DNA of 64,000 nucleotides from Spirochaetia bacterium. GTDB lineage: Bacteria; Spirochaetota; Spirochaetia; SP-2023. The notes under the pieces were generated by a model. That model saw only the letters and a list, made by a program, of their open reading frames with translations. It was not told the DNA's origin and did not search any database. Shown here piece after piece: positions 1-10,860 of this stretch. Where the stretch lies: assembly GCA_965263295.1 (NCBI GenBank), contig OZ253665.1, positions 1,728,001-1,792,000 on the forward strand, read 5' to 3'. Position numbers and translations under genes: made by a program. Every line of letters begins with the position of its first letter. Position 1 is the first letter of the stretch.

Positions 1-144
1 TTTGCCGAAAAACTCTATAGTCAGCCTGGTAGTCCGTCCGGCAGCGAAGCTGCCGCGCAATCAGAAACTCCCCATAACGACAACCATAACAAAGGAGGAG
101 ATCAGGGTGCTCAGGACGCTGATTTTGAAGTGGTAGACAAATAA
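1..144 (+). CDS. dnaK: Chaperone DnaK, C-terminal end (partial)
   Basis: Frame 1 reads FAEKLYSQ...QDADFEVVDK*, the typical DnaK C-terminal motif; lies directly upstream of dnaJ. Confidence 0.9.
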   Translation, partial: FAEKLYSQPGSPSGSEAAAQSETPHNDNHNKGGDQGAQDADFEVVDK

Positions 145-325
145 GATTGCAAGTGCTAGACGCTTGAAGCCAGGCCGAGGCACACGTCAAGCGGGCGACG
201 CTGTGTCTAGGCGCCAGGCCCGTATTTGCCTTTTATATCGGGCATGTCTAGGAATTATAAATTCTATATCCAATAAACTTCTAGATAAAATCACATAAAA
301 CCGGAACCAGAGCAAGGAAAACGCC

Positions 326-1456
326 GTGCCGAAACGAGACTATTACGAAATTCTGGGTGTCAACAAAACAGCCAGTGCCGAGGAAATAAAGAAGGCCTAT
401 CGCAAGCTGGCAGTCAAATATCATCCGGACCGCAATCACGGCAATGCCGGCGCGGAAGAGAAGTTCAAGGAGGCAACGGAAGCCTACGAAGTGCTAGCCG
501 ATCCCAAAAAGCGCCAGACCTACGATCAATTCGGGCATGCCGGCCTCGGTGGCATGGGCGGCGGCATGGGCGGCAGTGGTTTTGACTCTTCAATCTTTTC
601 GGGTTTTGAAGACCTCTTTGGCAGCGACTTAGGTAGTATTTTCGGCAGCTTCTTTGGCGGCGGGGGGCGCTCGGCGACACGTGGTGCACGCGGCAACGAT
701 CTACGCTACACCATGGAGCTGAATTTTTCAGAAGCTGTTTACGGCTGTAAAAAATCGATTACTTTTCGCCGTATTATTTCTTGCAGTACCTGTAATGGTA
801 CCGGCAGCAAAGATGGCAAGAGGCAAATATGTCCTCAGTGCAATGGCACGGGTCAGATACGCCGCTCGCAAGGCCTTTTTTCCGTAGCCACCACTTGCCC
901 TACTTGTCAGGGCTCAGGGCAAATTATCACTAATCCCTGCAGTTCTTGCCAAGGCAGCGGCCAGCAACATACCGAACAACACGTCAGTGTGACTGTGCCC
1001 GCCGGTGTCGACAATGACAGCCGCATTCGCCTGGAAGGTCAGGGCGACTATGGCCGCGGCGCACGTGCCTCGACGGGTGACCTCTACATTGTTTTTGTCG
1101 TGCGCCCTCACTCCTACTTTGAGCGCCATGAGCACGACTTATACTGCGCCTTGCCGTTGAGCCTCTCTCAAGCCGCCTTGGGGGGCACCATTTACCTGAA
1201 GACTCTGGATGACAAAAAAGTAAAACTTAAAGTGCCGGCGGGCTGGCAATCGGGCAAGAAAATGCGGATCAAGGGTGAGGGAGTCCCTTTTCTCGGCAAC
1301 AGCAGTCGTCGGGGCGACCTGTATGTCCAATTGACGGTGCGGATCCCACAAAGAATTTCCAGCAAAGCCAGAAAACTACTCGAAGACCTGGCGCGCATCC
1401 AAGCGGACAGCGATGATCCCGGCCTGATCAGCTTGCGAGATCTTAGCGGAGAATAA
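326..1456 (+). CDS. dnaJ: Chaperone DnaJ
   Basis: J-domain with HPD, G/F-rich linker, four CxxCxGxG zinc-finger repeats; GTG start. Confidence 0.98.
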   Translation: MPKRDYYEILGVNKTASAEEIKKAYRKLAVKYHPDRNHGNAGAEEKFKEATEAYEVLADPKKRQTYDQFGHAGLGGMGGGMGGSGFDSSIFSGFEDLFGSDLGSIFGSFFGGGGRSATRGARGNDLRYTMELNFSEAVYGCKKSITFRRIISCSTCNGTGSKDGKRQICPQCNGTGQIRRSQGLFSVATTCPTCQGSGQIITNPCSSCQGSGQQHTEQHVSVTVPAGVDNDSRIRLEGQGDYGRGARASTGDLYIVFVVRPHSYFERHEHDLYCALPLSLSQAALGGTIYLKTLDDKKVKLKVPAGWQSGKKMRIKGEGVPFLGNSSRRGDLYVQLTVRIPQRISSKARKLLEDLARIQADSDDPGLISLRDLSGE

Positions 1457-1475
1457 TAAATATCAGCCTGGATTC

Positions 1476-1508
1476 CCGAAGCGGCACATAGCGCCGCTTC
1501 GGTTTTTT
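1476..1508 (+). terminator. Rho-independent terminator after dnaJ
   Basis: CCGAAGCGGC-7 nt loop-GCCGCTTCGG followed by T6. Confidence 0.85.
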
Positions 1509-1525
1509 ACTTTTTTTACAATGAT

Positions 1526-1554
1526 TTGCACCAATTGGGGAAAAATTCTATATT
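1526..1554 (+). promoter_or_regulatory. Putative sigma70 promoter of recA
   Basis: TTGCAC-17 bp-TATATT. Confidence 0.5.
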
Positions 1555-1669
1555 TCCTAAGCAGATCCGCGGCATGCACGGCATGTTTTGCAGAAACGCA
1601 TCCTTTTCACAAATAGAGTCGCGGGCAGCTTCAACTGCACATACGGCCCAAACTTAGAGGAGTCCAACA

Positions 1670-2821
1670 ATGGCCAAGAAAGCCGCCTTACAAGGCATTG
1701 CCAGTCTGGAAACGAAAGAAGCAAAGGACAAAGCCTTAGGAGTTGTTCTCGAACAGATTGAGAAACAGTATGGCAAAGGCTCATTAATGCGCATGAGCGA
1801 AGACCAAAAGATCGAAGTTGACACCATTCCGAGCGGCTCCATTTTGCTCGACGAAGCGCTGGGAGTCGGCGGCTACCCCAAGGGACGCATTATTGAGGTC
1901 TACGGCCCTGAATCTTCAGGCAAGACGACTCTGACTCTGCACGCCATCGCAGAGTGCCAAAAGCGAGGTGGTACAGCTGCCTTTATTGACGCAGAACACG
2001 CCCTTGACCCCCAATATGCCAAAAAGCTGGGCGTAAGGATTGAAGATCTTTGGGTCTCGCAGCCTGATAGTGGTGAACAGGCCTTGGAAATTTCTGACTC
2101 TTTGGTGCGTTCTGGTGCCGTGGACATTGTTGTCATCGACTCGGTGGCCGCTCTGACACCCAGCGCCGAGATCGCGGGAGAAATGGGAGACTCCCACGTG
2201 GGCCTCCAGGCCCGACTAATGAGCCAGGCTCTGCGCAAGCTGACCGCAAATATTTCCAAGTCAGGTTGCATTGTATTTTTCATCAACCAGATTCGCATGA
2301 AAATTGGCGTAATGTTTAGTAGTCCAGAGACCACAGCCGGCGGCAATGCCCTAAAATTCTATTGCTCGGTGCGCCTGGATGTACGCAAAATAGAAACACT
2401 CGCCAAGGGTTCAGAGGACGCCTACGGCAACCGCGTGCGCGTCAAAGTAGTAAAAAACAAAGTGGCCCCGCCATTCCGCAAGTGTGAGTTTGACATCATT
2501 TTCGGCAAGGGTATTTCCGCCCAGGGTTGCCTAGTGGATGCCGCACTTAAATGTGAATTGATAAAAAAGAGCGGCAGCTGGTTCTCGCGCATCACAGATC
2601 AAGGCGAAGAAAAAATTGGTCAGGGTCGTGACAACGTAATTCAGTTCTTCAACGAAAATCCGGACATTGCCTCAGAGCTCGAGACCACGATACGACAGAA
2701 GCTATTTGCGACAGAAGGAGCGGCAAATCCTGCTCCTGCAGGATCAGGCGGTAACCGAGCCAGTAAAAAGCCTAGAACTAAGCCTGTCGAGGATAATGAA
2801 GCACTCGAAATAAAGGCATGA
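1670..2821 (+). CDS. recA: Recombinase RecA
   Basis: GPESSGKTT Walker [26 protein letters not shown]. Confidence 0.99.
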   Translation: MAKKAALQGIASLETKEAKDKALGVVLEQIEKQYGKGSLMRMSEDQKIEVDTIPSGSILLDEALGVGGYPKGRIIEVYGPESSGKTTLTLHAIAECQKRGGTAAFIDAEHALDPQYAKKLGVRIEDLWVSQPDSGEQALEISDSLVRSGAVDIVVIDSVAALTPSAEIAGEMGDSHVGLQARLMSQALRKLTANISKSGCIVFFINQIRMKIGVMFSSPETTAGGNALKFYCSVRLDVRKIETLAKGSEDAYGNRVRVKVVKNKVAPPFRKCEFDIIFGKGISAQGCLVDAALKCELIKKSGSWFSRITDQGEEKIGQGRDNVIQFFNENPDIASELETTIRQKLFATEGAANPAPAGSGGNRASKKPRTKPVEDNEALEIKA

Positions 2822-2840
2822 TTAAAAAAATAAAAATGGA

Positions 2841-2873
2841 AGAAAAACCGGGAGCAAAGCTCCCGGTTTTTCT
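2841..2873. terminator. Bidirectional terminator between recA and the convergent gene
   Basis: AGAAAAACCGGGAGC-AAA-GCTCCCGGTTTTTCT perfect hairpin with A/T tails on both sides. Confidence 0.9.
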
Positions 2874-3155
2874 CTAAAGATCCAGACTGTTCTTTTGACT
2901 AAAATTGAAGATGCGATCAATATACCATTTTTCTTCTGCATAACGATATAGACGAATATACAAGAATATAGAAATTAAAGTTCCAAATAACAGAGCCAAA
3001 ATATAAACCAAGCTTCTATCAATAAAATCTGTAGGAAACTTATTTAATACTAATTCACTAATTACAATAAAACTCAACACTACAATTATTGAGATAGCGA
3101 CATTCATTGTAATAAAAATGACCGAAAAGAATAAGTATTTTATTTTTCTGTTCAT
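2874..3155 (-). CDS. Small two-TM membrane protein downstream of lspA
   Basis: 93 aa, two hydrophobic stretches, GGAGG RBS; similar to 53728..53982. Confidence 0.75.
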   Translation of the reverse strand: MNRKIKYLFFSVIFITMNVAISIIVVLSFIVISELVLNKFPTDFIDRSLVYILALLFGTLISIFLYIRLYRYAEEKWYIDRIFNFSQKNSLDL

Positions 3156-3187
3156 TTCCCCTCCTAACAGAAAATAAAACTATTTTA

Positions 3188-3871
3188 TTATAGTCTTTTT
3201 ATCCTAGTATCCTCCTTTGAATCAGATTTGATGCGATAACCATCCTTATCTTCAGACTTATGCCTAGTCCCAATATTATTGAGCTGGAATATTCTATCTT
3301 CTTTAGACAAGAAAAATAATGTATAAATAATCAAGATAATCATGCCAACAAGGATGGAAGCGTCAGCAACGTTATATGTCGGCCAACGATGCATGCTGTA
3401 ATGCAAGCTTCCCCATTCGATATCAATATCCCAAAAGTCGGTATCGACAAAATCGACAACTCCTCCGGATCGAAACAGACGGTCGGCCATATTTCCCATC
3501 CCCCCGCCAATAATTAAGGCCAGACAAGTCCGCTGTAGTCGATACAGATATTGATCGACAAAAACTATATAACTAATATACAGTAAAATAATCAAAGGGA
3601 AAAACTTAAATAATACTGCCTTCAAAGCATCTGGAAGACCGCTACCAATGCTAAAGGCAATAGCCGGATTGCGCACATGAATGATATTCAGATAGCCACT
3701 CCACATGGAAAAATAAGGAGTATGGAAATCGTTGAGAGGGACATTGGCGACAATAAACCACTTACTCAGCTGATCTACAACAATAATTGCCAGGGTCCAT
3801 AAGAAAACCAGAAAATGATGATTGCCCGCTTCTGGATTCAGCTCTCTGACTTGTTTGCCTTTTTTCGACAT
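3188..3871 (-). CDS. lspA: Lipoprotein signal peptidase II
   Basis: DQLSK, RNPAIAFS, GNMADR, VVDF, WPTYNVAD motifs. Confidence 0.95.
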   Translation of the reverse strand: MSKKGKQVRELNPEAGNHHFLVFLWTLAIIVVDQLSKWFIVANVPLNDFHTPYFSMWSGYLNIIHVRNPAIAFSIGSGLPDALKAVLFKFFPLIILLYISYIVFVDQYLYRLQRTCLALIIGGGMGNMADRLFRSGGVVDFVDTDFWDIDIEWGSLHYSMHRWPTYNVADASILVGMIILIIYTLFFLSKEDRIFQLNNIGTRHKSEDKDGYRIKSDSKEDTRIKRL

Positions 3872-3889
3872 TATGGCATCCTTGCTGAA

Positions 3890-4711
3890 CTAAAGTCCCG
3901 TAGGCAGATCAATGAAATCGGTGCTAATACAGGGCCACTTTTCATTGATCAGGCCGAGCAGACGTGTTACACCGCCGATCTCACTGCGGTAATGGCCCAT
4001 AACCAGGACATGCAAACCTAACTCACGGGCACTGTGGTAATCCTGGTGGGCAATTTCTCCCGTAATGAGTAGCTCACAGCCCTTAGTGGCGGCCTCTTCC
4101 ATAGCCAAAGCCCCAGCGCCAGATACGATGCCGACATTGCGAATACCACAGGCTTTAGCTTTGCGCGAGAATTCCAAAGATAGAGTCTCTGGTGGCAGAT
4201 TCAAGATATCACAAATGTTAGACATGCTCTGAGGGCGCTCAAACTCACCCCGACAACCTATGAAGTGGCCTTTATAGGTTCCGAAACTACATATATTCTG
4301 TAAGTCCAAACGTTCGGCCAAGTGGATATTGTTGCCATACTTTAGGTGGGCATCCAACGGCAGATGGGCGGCATATAAGGCTAGCTGCTTCTCTAATAAA
4401 AGAGCCAGGCGATGATAGTTTGGCCCCGTTACCGGGGCGATCTGGCCCCAGAAAATGCCATGGTGCGTAATCATTAAGTCGGCGGCAACGTCGGCGGCAC
4501 GCTCAAAACTCTCTAGCGAAGCATCGACTGCCGCAACGACTTTACGAATCCGGCGCTGGACATCGCCAACCTGCAAACCGTTCAGCGCTGCGTCTATACC
4601 CTTGAAATCAGCACACTGCAGTTGTTCATCCAACAGACTGGATAATTCAGCCAGGTACGGATATTCGCCCTGTGAAACGAGCGTAGTAGAACTAGGTATT
4701 TCCGTCGTCAT
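3890..4711 (-). CDS. Nif3-like dinuclear metal centre protein (YbgI/DUF34 family)
   Basis: NGLQV, THHGIFW, HLPLDAH, ITGE, GHYRSE motifs. Confidence 0.93.
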   Translation of the reverse strand: MTTEIPSSTTLVSQGEYPYLAELSSLLDEQLQCADFKGIDAALNGLQVGDVQRRIRKVVAAVDASLESFERAADVAADLMITHHGIFWGQIAPVTGPNYHRLALLLEKQLALYAAHLPLDAHLKYGNNIHLAERLDLQNICSFGTYKGHFIGCRGEFERPQSMSNICDILNLPPETLSLEFSRKAKACGIRNVGIVSGAGALAMEEAATKGCELLITGEIAHQDYHSARELGLHVLVMGHYRSEIGGVTRLLGLINEKWPCISTDFIDLPTGL

Positions 4712-4826
4712 AATCCCCCCAAAAGACTAGCCAACAGCTAATTTGTGCAAAATTAATACCTCTAGCAAGACGTCATTTGCGACGGTGAGAGAGTTTAGAC
4801 CAGGCGCCCATTTTACTCAACGCATT

Positions 4827-5510
4827 TTACAGTTGTTTTCTTTCTTTTTTATACACATTCGCAGATTCGCCCACAGTACGATCTTGAATATCTCGCGCCG
4901 AAGAGGCATAACGCTCAGAGTTCAAGCGACGAATACGATAGACAAGGTAGGCGACAATAGCGATGAAAATCAACAGCAGGACCAGCTGGACAATGCGGAT
5001 GTCTCGCGGCAATTGTTTGCTATAACGTTTACTCAAGTAATAAATAACCGAGATACTAAAAGAGGCCGAAATTGTGTCGAAAAGCAGGAATTTCCAAGCG
5101 GGCAGGCGCGTAATACCGGCAAACAGAGAAATACAATTGCGCACACCAAAAGGAATGAGACGGCCTAATAAAATCATCAGAGCCGAATGACGGGCAAAAT
5201 GAGCGTCTAACAACTCCAGACGATGCGGCGAAATCGCAGCGCGAAATAAACGCATTCCCAGCAAAGGTCGACCAACTTTTCGCCCCATGGTATACGAAAG
5301 CATATCCCCAACGACAGCCCCGGCTATTAATGCTAAATGCATCAGAGCATCGCTTTCACGGCCTACGAGCGGGGGTAGAGCAACAATAAACAGGCCGGAG
5401 GCAATCACTGTCAGGTCTTCTGAAATCGGGATGTTAAAAGCCGCAATTACGAGTGCCAAAAATACTATCAGTGGGGCTATACTTGCGTATTGCTCAAGCA
5501 ATTCCTGCAT
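4827..5510 (-). CDS. DedA-family membrane protein
   Basis: IPISED, GDMLSYTMGR, GRLIPFGVR motifs. Confidence 0.9.
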   Translation of the reverse strand: MQELLEQYASIAPLIVFLALVIAAFNIPISEDLTVIASGLFIVALPPLVGRESDALMHLALIAGAVVGDMLSYTMGRKVGRPLLGMRLFRAAISPHRLELLDAHFARHSALMILLGRLIPFGVRNCISLFAGITRLPAWKFLLFDTISASFSISVIYYLSKRYSKQLPRDIRIVQLVLLLIFIAIVAYLVYRIRRLNSERYASSARDIQDRTVGESANVYKKERKQL

Positions 5511-5723
5511 TGTGTATCACCTATATAAAAAACATTGCAAAAACTTTAGAGTATCCACTATTCATTATATGATTAACAGAGACTTTGCAAAACGCCGCCA
5601 AGATTCTAGTTAATTTCACTAATTAAGAAAATTACCTACCGAAACATTTATTACCAGTTTAATTGTTAATATACTGCATATTTTATACTGATATTTATGG
5701 CAATCAGATTCAGTATCTATCAT

Positions 5724-6266
5724 CTACGGCTTACGGTCGCCAACATATAAAATATAGTGATCAATTTTCCTACGCAGCAAATAAATATGATTCTGCTCGA
5801 AATAGAGCAGTTCAAGTTTTTCATCACTGCCAACAAGCTCTCTACTGGGGCCGATATCCCAACCCCACTGGGCAACTTGCGAACGCAGTTGCGTATCAGA
5901 GAACGATTGCCCAACCAAAGAATCCCAGCGGGATTTGACAAAGTCTTCTCTATCGAGCTTCCAGAACACCCGTAAATGACGGGCCTGCCTTTCTAGCCAA
6001 CGACTTCCCCACTCCAAAGCAGTCAGTTGACCCCGACGCAACTCAAGCCTCAGCCCAATGGTCAATACACCGAAAAGGATGGTAAAGAGCGTCAGTTGGA
6101 CATAATTGCGCCTCAGACGCGATTTGAGTGCCTGCTTGCGCCGCAGGTAGTCTTGCCAAGGTTCTATTTCCTGTAAACCCGCTCGTGTCGTGGCTCTTTC
6201 GCCCTGTTCCCGTTCTCTCTGGTCTTCTGTCTGATTTTGCGATATATATTTGCGTTTCAATAGCAT
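5724..6266 (-). CDS. Hypothetical single-TM protein (start uncertain; ORF extends to 6347)
   Basis: Long ORF with one hydrophobic segment after a basic stretch; no recognised family. Confidence 0.55.
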   Translation of the reverse strand: MLLKRKYISQNQTEDQREREQGERATTRAGLQEIEPWQDYLRRKQALKSRLRRNYVQLTLFTILFGVLTIGLRLELRRGQLTALEWGSRWLERQARHLRVFWKLDREDFVKSRWDSLVGQSFSDTQLRSQVAQWGWDIGPSRELVGSDEKLELLYFEQNHIYLLRRKIDHYILYVGDRKP

Positions 6267-6421
6267 AGAGCAGCTCATGCACATGGGCACATATTTGAAG
6301 CTTAGTGTTAATTCTGTTAAAATTCGCTGCCGATGCCGGCCGGCCATCAGTTAAAATTGTAAGTCTGAAATAGAAGCAATACAAGCTTTGCAGAGCAAAG
6401 AGCATATTTAAAGGAGTATAT

Positions 6422-8116
6422 ATGAGTTCAGTTACACATAAAAGTACCGCGAATATCAATCTGGGTGAAGACGTCATCATCTGTGGCCACCGCAACCCGG
6501 ACACCGATTCGGTTTGCTCGGCTTATGCCCTACAACATTACAAGAAAGCCATCGGAGAGCCCTCACGCCACGTCGCCGTGCGTTGCGGCCATTTGAACCA
6601 CCAGACAAAGTTCATTTTTAGCCACTTGAACGTTGAGCCCCCGCCGTTACTACCCGATATCAACTACCGCGTTCACCATATCATGTCCCCAATATATCTG
6701 TCAAATCCTCTCTCAGCTATCGCCGAGGCCGTTCAAGTAATGAAGGAACAAAGCCTGCGCCTAATTCCTGTCCAAGACGAAGAGGGCCGCTATCAAGGTG
6801 TATACACATTGGACGAAATGACAAATTTCCTGATTGAACGCACCCGCAGCACCTATACGAACTACGAGATTGTCGTAGACAACCTGGTTCAAATACTCAG
6901 AGCCCAGATTGTCCTTCGCGCTGCCCGTCCAGTTATCCACGCAGGCTTCCTCGTGGGCAGTATGGACCGCGACCAAATTGAAGACTATTTCAGCGAGCTT
7001 GACCTTTCCCAGTTTATATTAGTCATTGGACGGCGCAGCAGCATTATCCGCAATGCGATGGAACGTGGTATCGCCGGTATTATCATCACAGGGGACAGCC
7101 TGAACGACGAAGAAATTAAAGCTCTATGCCCCAGTTATCAAGGTTGGATCCTCCGCAGCAGCCTGCATTCCGAAAATGTAATCCGCGCCAGCGCCATGGC
7201 CTCTTCGGTACGCGCCCACCTCAGCCGCGATGCCGAAACCATCAGTCCCGAAGCCCTAATTGAAGAAGCGAAACAGATACTGCAACGTCAATCAGGCCTG
7301 CCCGTAGTCGACGAAGAGGGCAAGCTTCATGGCATGGTGCGCCGTATGGACGTGATTAACGTCAAGAAGCCTCGCTTAATCCTTACGGACCACAACGAGC
7401 CCGCTCAGTCCATCCTGGGCAGCGAGAATGCCGAAATTGTCGAAATTATCGATCATCATCGCCTTTCTCCCAGACCAACTACCAAGCCTATCAATTTTTT
7501 TACAGCTCCAGTAGGCAGTACCTGTACCTTGGTGTCCGAGCTTTTCCTGCGTTCTGGTACGAAAATCCCTATGGATGCGGCTAAAATTTTGCTCTCAGGG
7601 GTAATTAGCGACACCGTAATGTTGCGTTCACCAACCACTACCGACCGCGACAGCAAGGTAGCGGCGCAGCTCGCCGAATATACCGGTCTGGATCCCATTA
7701 CCCTCGGTAATGAAATTTACACCAACGGCTCAATACTCAAGGGCATGCCCATTGAAAAAATAATCAAGAATGACTTTAAAGAATTTGCCCATAACGGCGT
7801 CCAATTTGGCGTCGGTCAGGTTGAAGTCGTCAACATGCGTGAAATCGACGGTCTGGAAAAAGACCTGATCGCCGAACTGGACCGGCTCTCCCTGCCTCAG
7901 GGCGGCCCCTACCACTGGGCCGTATTGCTCGTAACCAATATTCACACGTGCGACAGTATTCTACTGAGTTCAAGCTACGCGCGCGGCCAGGCCAAACTTA
8001 GCTACGAGAAGACCGCCAAGCAGATTTATGACCTGCCCGGCGTCATGTCACGCAAGAAACAGCTGCTGCCAGCGCTCATTGAAGCTCTTACAGACCAGGA
8101 GCTAGGGCGTAATTAA
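6422..8116 (+). CDS. Mn-dependent family II inorganic pyrophosphatase with CBS/DRTGG insert
   Basis: GHRNPDTDS, LTDHNE, IIDHH, VGSTCT, SRKKQ, with a central CBS-DRTGG region. Confidence 0.93.
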   Translation: MSSVTHKSTANINLGEDVIICGHRNPDTDSVCSAYALQHYKKAIGEPSRHVAVRCGHLNHQTKFIFSHLNVEPPPLLPDINYRVHHIMSPIYLSNPLSAIAEAVQVMKEQSLRLIPVQDEEGRYQGVYTLDEMTNFLIERTRSTYTNYEIVVDNLVQILRAQIVLRAARPVIHAGFLVGSMDRDQIEDYFSELDLSQFILVIGRRSSIIRNAMERGIAGIIITGDSLNDEEIKALCPSYQGWILRSSLHSENVIRASAMASSVRAHLSRDAETISPEALIEEAKQILQRQSGLPVVDEEGKLHGMVRRMDVINVKKPRLILTDHNEPAQSILGSENAEIVEIIDHHRLSPRPTTKPINFFTAPVGSTCTLVSELFLRSGTKIPMDAAKILLSGVISDTVMLRSPTTTDRDSKVAAQLAEYTGLDPITLGNEIYTNGSILKGMPIEKIIKNDFKEFAHNGVQFGVGQVEVVNMREIDGLEKDLIAELDRLSLPQGGPYHWAVLLVTNIHTCDSILLSSSYARGQAKLSYEKTAKQIYDLPGVMSRKKQLLPALIEALTDQELGRN

Positions 8117-8238
8117 GGCAGGGGCAAGTTAAGGGCAAGTCTCAGAGGCAAGACGCGGCCAACGTTGTAATCCGTGGCTACGATTCCCGCATTGCGCACA
8201 AACCCTTCCGCTTATCGCCCTCCCGCAGCGACTCCGCC

Positions 8239-9747
8239 ATGCCTCGCCCAACTGTAAACGCCCGCTACACTTGCTCCCCACGGATACTCTTCTGCTCCCT
8301 GCGAATCCTCCTCAGGCTGGGAACTATGTGCAGCTTGCTGCCCTGGCCCGTAGATTCAAGAGCTGTCCCACCGCCAATGTGGGGACAAAATATCCCTCAA
8401 GCTGTCTACGAAAATGGTTTTGCGCGCAAAATTCACGAAGCACCTAGCAAAGAAGGAACCTTAGTCATACAAATGCTGGTGCGCGGATTAAATGAACCAC
8501 AAAGTGCGATTTGGGTCCCCATGCGTTCGTTTCAAAAATTCTACAGCGACCCCTATGCCCGGTTTTCAGGCGGGGCCTGGCTAATCAGCGAACGCAAGGG
8601 CGGCATTTGGGTCTTGTACCAGGAAAACCTTTACCCCCTGCTGGATCTGCCGCCAAATGTAGAGCCGCGCGGCGAAGGCGGATACCTCGACCTCCTCTAC
8701 AACCCCTGGTCAGGGGGCGTTTTCCTGAGCTACGCCCGCCAACTCAGCCAGACGCTCAGCACCGTTTCCGTCCAAGCCTTTACTTTGAAATACAGCTCCA
8801 ATCAATTTCACGCCGTCGGCGTGACCGAAGTATTCCAAGCCCAACCGCCACTGCAGAAACCTGCTGGCTACGGCGGGGCCCTAGCCGCCAACCGGGAGTT
8901 TCTCTACATAGGGCTCGGAACCGGATCGCAACCTCAAGAGGCCCAAAACCTGCAAAGCCATTGGGGCAGCGTCAATAAAATTTCTTTGCATCAAGACCAG
9001 CAAGCTCTTCGCGAGGTGTTTCCCGGCTCCCGACACTACTTGAGTCCGGCTCTGGCCGAACAAGCATCGGCCACCAGCCAGATGGTCAGCATAGGGCACG
9101 CCGAGATATACGATCTGTTCTGGGACAATCACCGACACCAGCTTTGGAGTGTCGAGCAGCTGCGCCTACATAACGGCATTGTACTCGCCGACGAACTCAA
9201 CTTGTTCGGTGAAGGCCACAACTATGGTTGGGGCCTAGAACCAGCACCGCATGAAGTCAATACGGAATCGGGCCAAGCGTCAAGTCTCGGCCGCGATCAG
9301 GCGGCAATACTCAGCTGGACTCGGCCGCCAGGAGTCATCTCAAACCGATATCACCGCAAAATTGACAATAGTGCAAATACCATCGCAAATACTATGGCGT
9401 CGAATGCGAGGCCGGGCATGGGCGGTAGTGCCGGCTGGGGAGCTGTGCTTGTGCTGCCGCCACAGGCTTCGCGCAGCCCCAACCTATTTGCCGCTTGGGC
9501 CGGCGACTTAATTATTGCGGGCTTAGAGGGCCAGAGCCTCTATCGCATGCGGCGCAACCCTGACCCCACGCAGGAGTCAGGATTTCGCCTGGAGTTCCGC
9601 GAGCCAATGCTCAAAGGTCTCCTGGGCCCGATACGCTGGCTGGGTCTGGGACCAGATGGCGCCATTTATTTACTGACATACAGCCACGCGGCTAGCGGCA
9701 GCCGCATGTTGCGTTTAAGCCCTAAAAGTCGTATGTTTCCGCGCTAA
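8239..9747 (+). CDS. PQQ-dependent sugar dehydrogenase-like beta-propeller protein, divergent (start uncertain)
   Basis: GEGGYLDL, DELNL...GHNYGW, WAGDLIIAGL, GPDGAIYLLT. Confidence 0.7.
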   Translation: MPRPTVNARYTCSPRILFCSLRILLRLGTMCSLLPWPVDSRAVPPPMWGQNIPQAVYENGFARKIHEAPSKEGTLVIQMLVRGLNEPQSAIWVPMRSFQKFYSDPYARFSGGAWLISERKGGIWVLYQENLYPLLDLPPNVEPRGEGGYLDLLYNPWSGGVFLSYARQLSQTLSTVSVQAFTLKYSSNQFHAVGVTEVFQAQPPLQKPAGYGGALAANREFLYIGLGTGSQPQEAQNLQSHWGSVNKISLHQDQQALREVFPGSRHYLSPALAEQASATSQMVSIGHAEIYDLFWDNHRHQLWSVEQLRLHNGIVLADELNLFGEGHNYGWGLEPAPHEVNTESGQASSLGRDQAAILSWTRPPGVISNRYHRKIDNSANTIANTMASNARPGMGGSAGWGAVLVLPPQASRSPNLFAAWAGDLIIAGLEGQSLYRMRRNPDPTQESGFRLEFREPMLKGLLGPIRWLGLGPDGAIYLLTYSHAASGSRMLRLSPKSRMFPR

Positions 9748-9784
9748 AGCCAGGGGTCTGGCCTTTTGAGAATAAGGAACTTCA

Positions 9785-10807
9785 ATGCCCAATACTAGTT
9801 ACAAGATATTTGCCTGTGATATGGATGGCACACTGCTCAACTCAGCCGGACAGGTCACGAAGGCGAGCCGGTCGGCCTTACATGACTTACATCAGCGTGG
9901 TTACTGGGTCGTACTGGTCTCTGGTCGTCACCCCAGTCTGATGTTGAGTTACTATCGCCAGCTTAAGCTCCAGGGCCCTCTAATCGGCTGTAACGGGGCG
10001 TTCATTTACCTCCCCGCTCCCGCCACTTGGGTTTCTTCCGCTGCTTCTCTTGTTCCCATGGCGTCGCAAGCCCCCCAAAAAATCAAGGCTGCGGTGGGGA
10101 CCCAAAACGAGCAGGAGCAGACTAGACGAGATGCGAAAACCATGCGGCAAGATTTTCAAGGCATGGCCGCAGAGCTTGTCTCCCAACTGATTGAACTAGC
10201 CCTGCCCTATTCGGTAGACATATTTCTGGACTGTGACTGCGGCATAGTTAAATACCGCGATCGCCACAACCTGCTGCGCGATTACTCTGTGGCAAAACCT
10301 TTTGCCATGTATGACACCAGCGCCTACCGACAGGGAAATTTTGCCGTGTGCAAAGTCGTCTATGCCGCCAAGGAATTTGGACGGCGGCACAACGGGCCCG
10401 GCCCGGCAGAGACGAGCCGCGGGCAACTAGAGGAACTACAACGCAAGGTATTGCAGCTAGGACAATATTATGGTGGCCTCAACGCAATTTTTCCGGACCA
10501 CTTGTTACTTGACATTATGACTAGCCAAGTCAACAAACTGCAAGGCATACAGCGGGCCTTACACAGCTTCAGTTTTTCAAGCGGCTCAAAAGGCGACTCT
10601 CGGCTAGATTGCCGCCTGATCGCCATTGGCGATGGTGAAAACGACCTAGCGATGCTACAGGGCGCAGACTATAGCATCGCGCATGAGTAATACATGGGCA
10701 ATGCTTCCCCAAAAGTACAGGCTGCGGCTTGCTATGTCACCGCTCATCACGACAAAGACGGCCTGGCTCAAGCCGTGACTCACCTTAAACAGCAAGGTTT
10801 ACTGTGA
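9785..10807 (+). pseudogene. Cof-type HAD phosphatase interrupted by an in-frame TAA at 10688-10690
   Basis: DMDGTLL, SGR, GCNGA, GDGENDLAML; the conserved tail MGNA...YVT..HDKDG continues in frame from 10694 to TGA at 10807. Confidence 0.75.
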
Positions 10808-10860
10808 GCCCAGTAGTTTCAAGACCGCCAAACCATAGCGGGCGACTGTTTTTCTCGGCG

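Noticed and set aside
10688..10690. Stop-codon recoding (Sec/Pyl) in the HAD gene
   Set aside because: The codon is TAA, not TGA or TAG, and it lies in an apparent 12-bp insertion.
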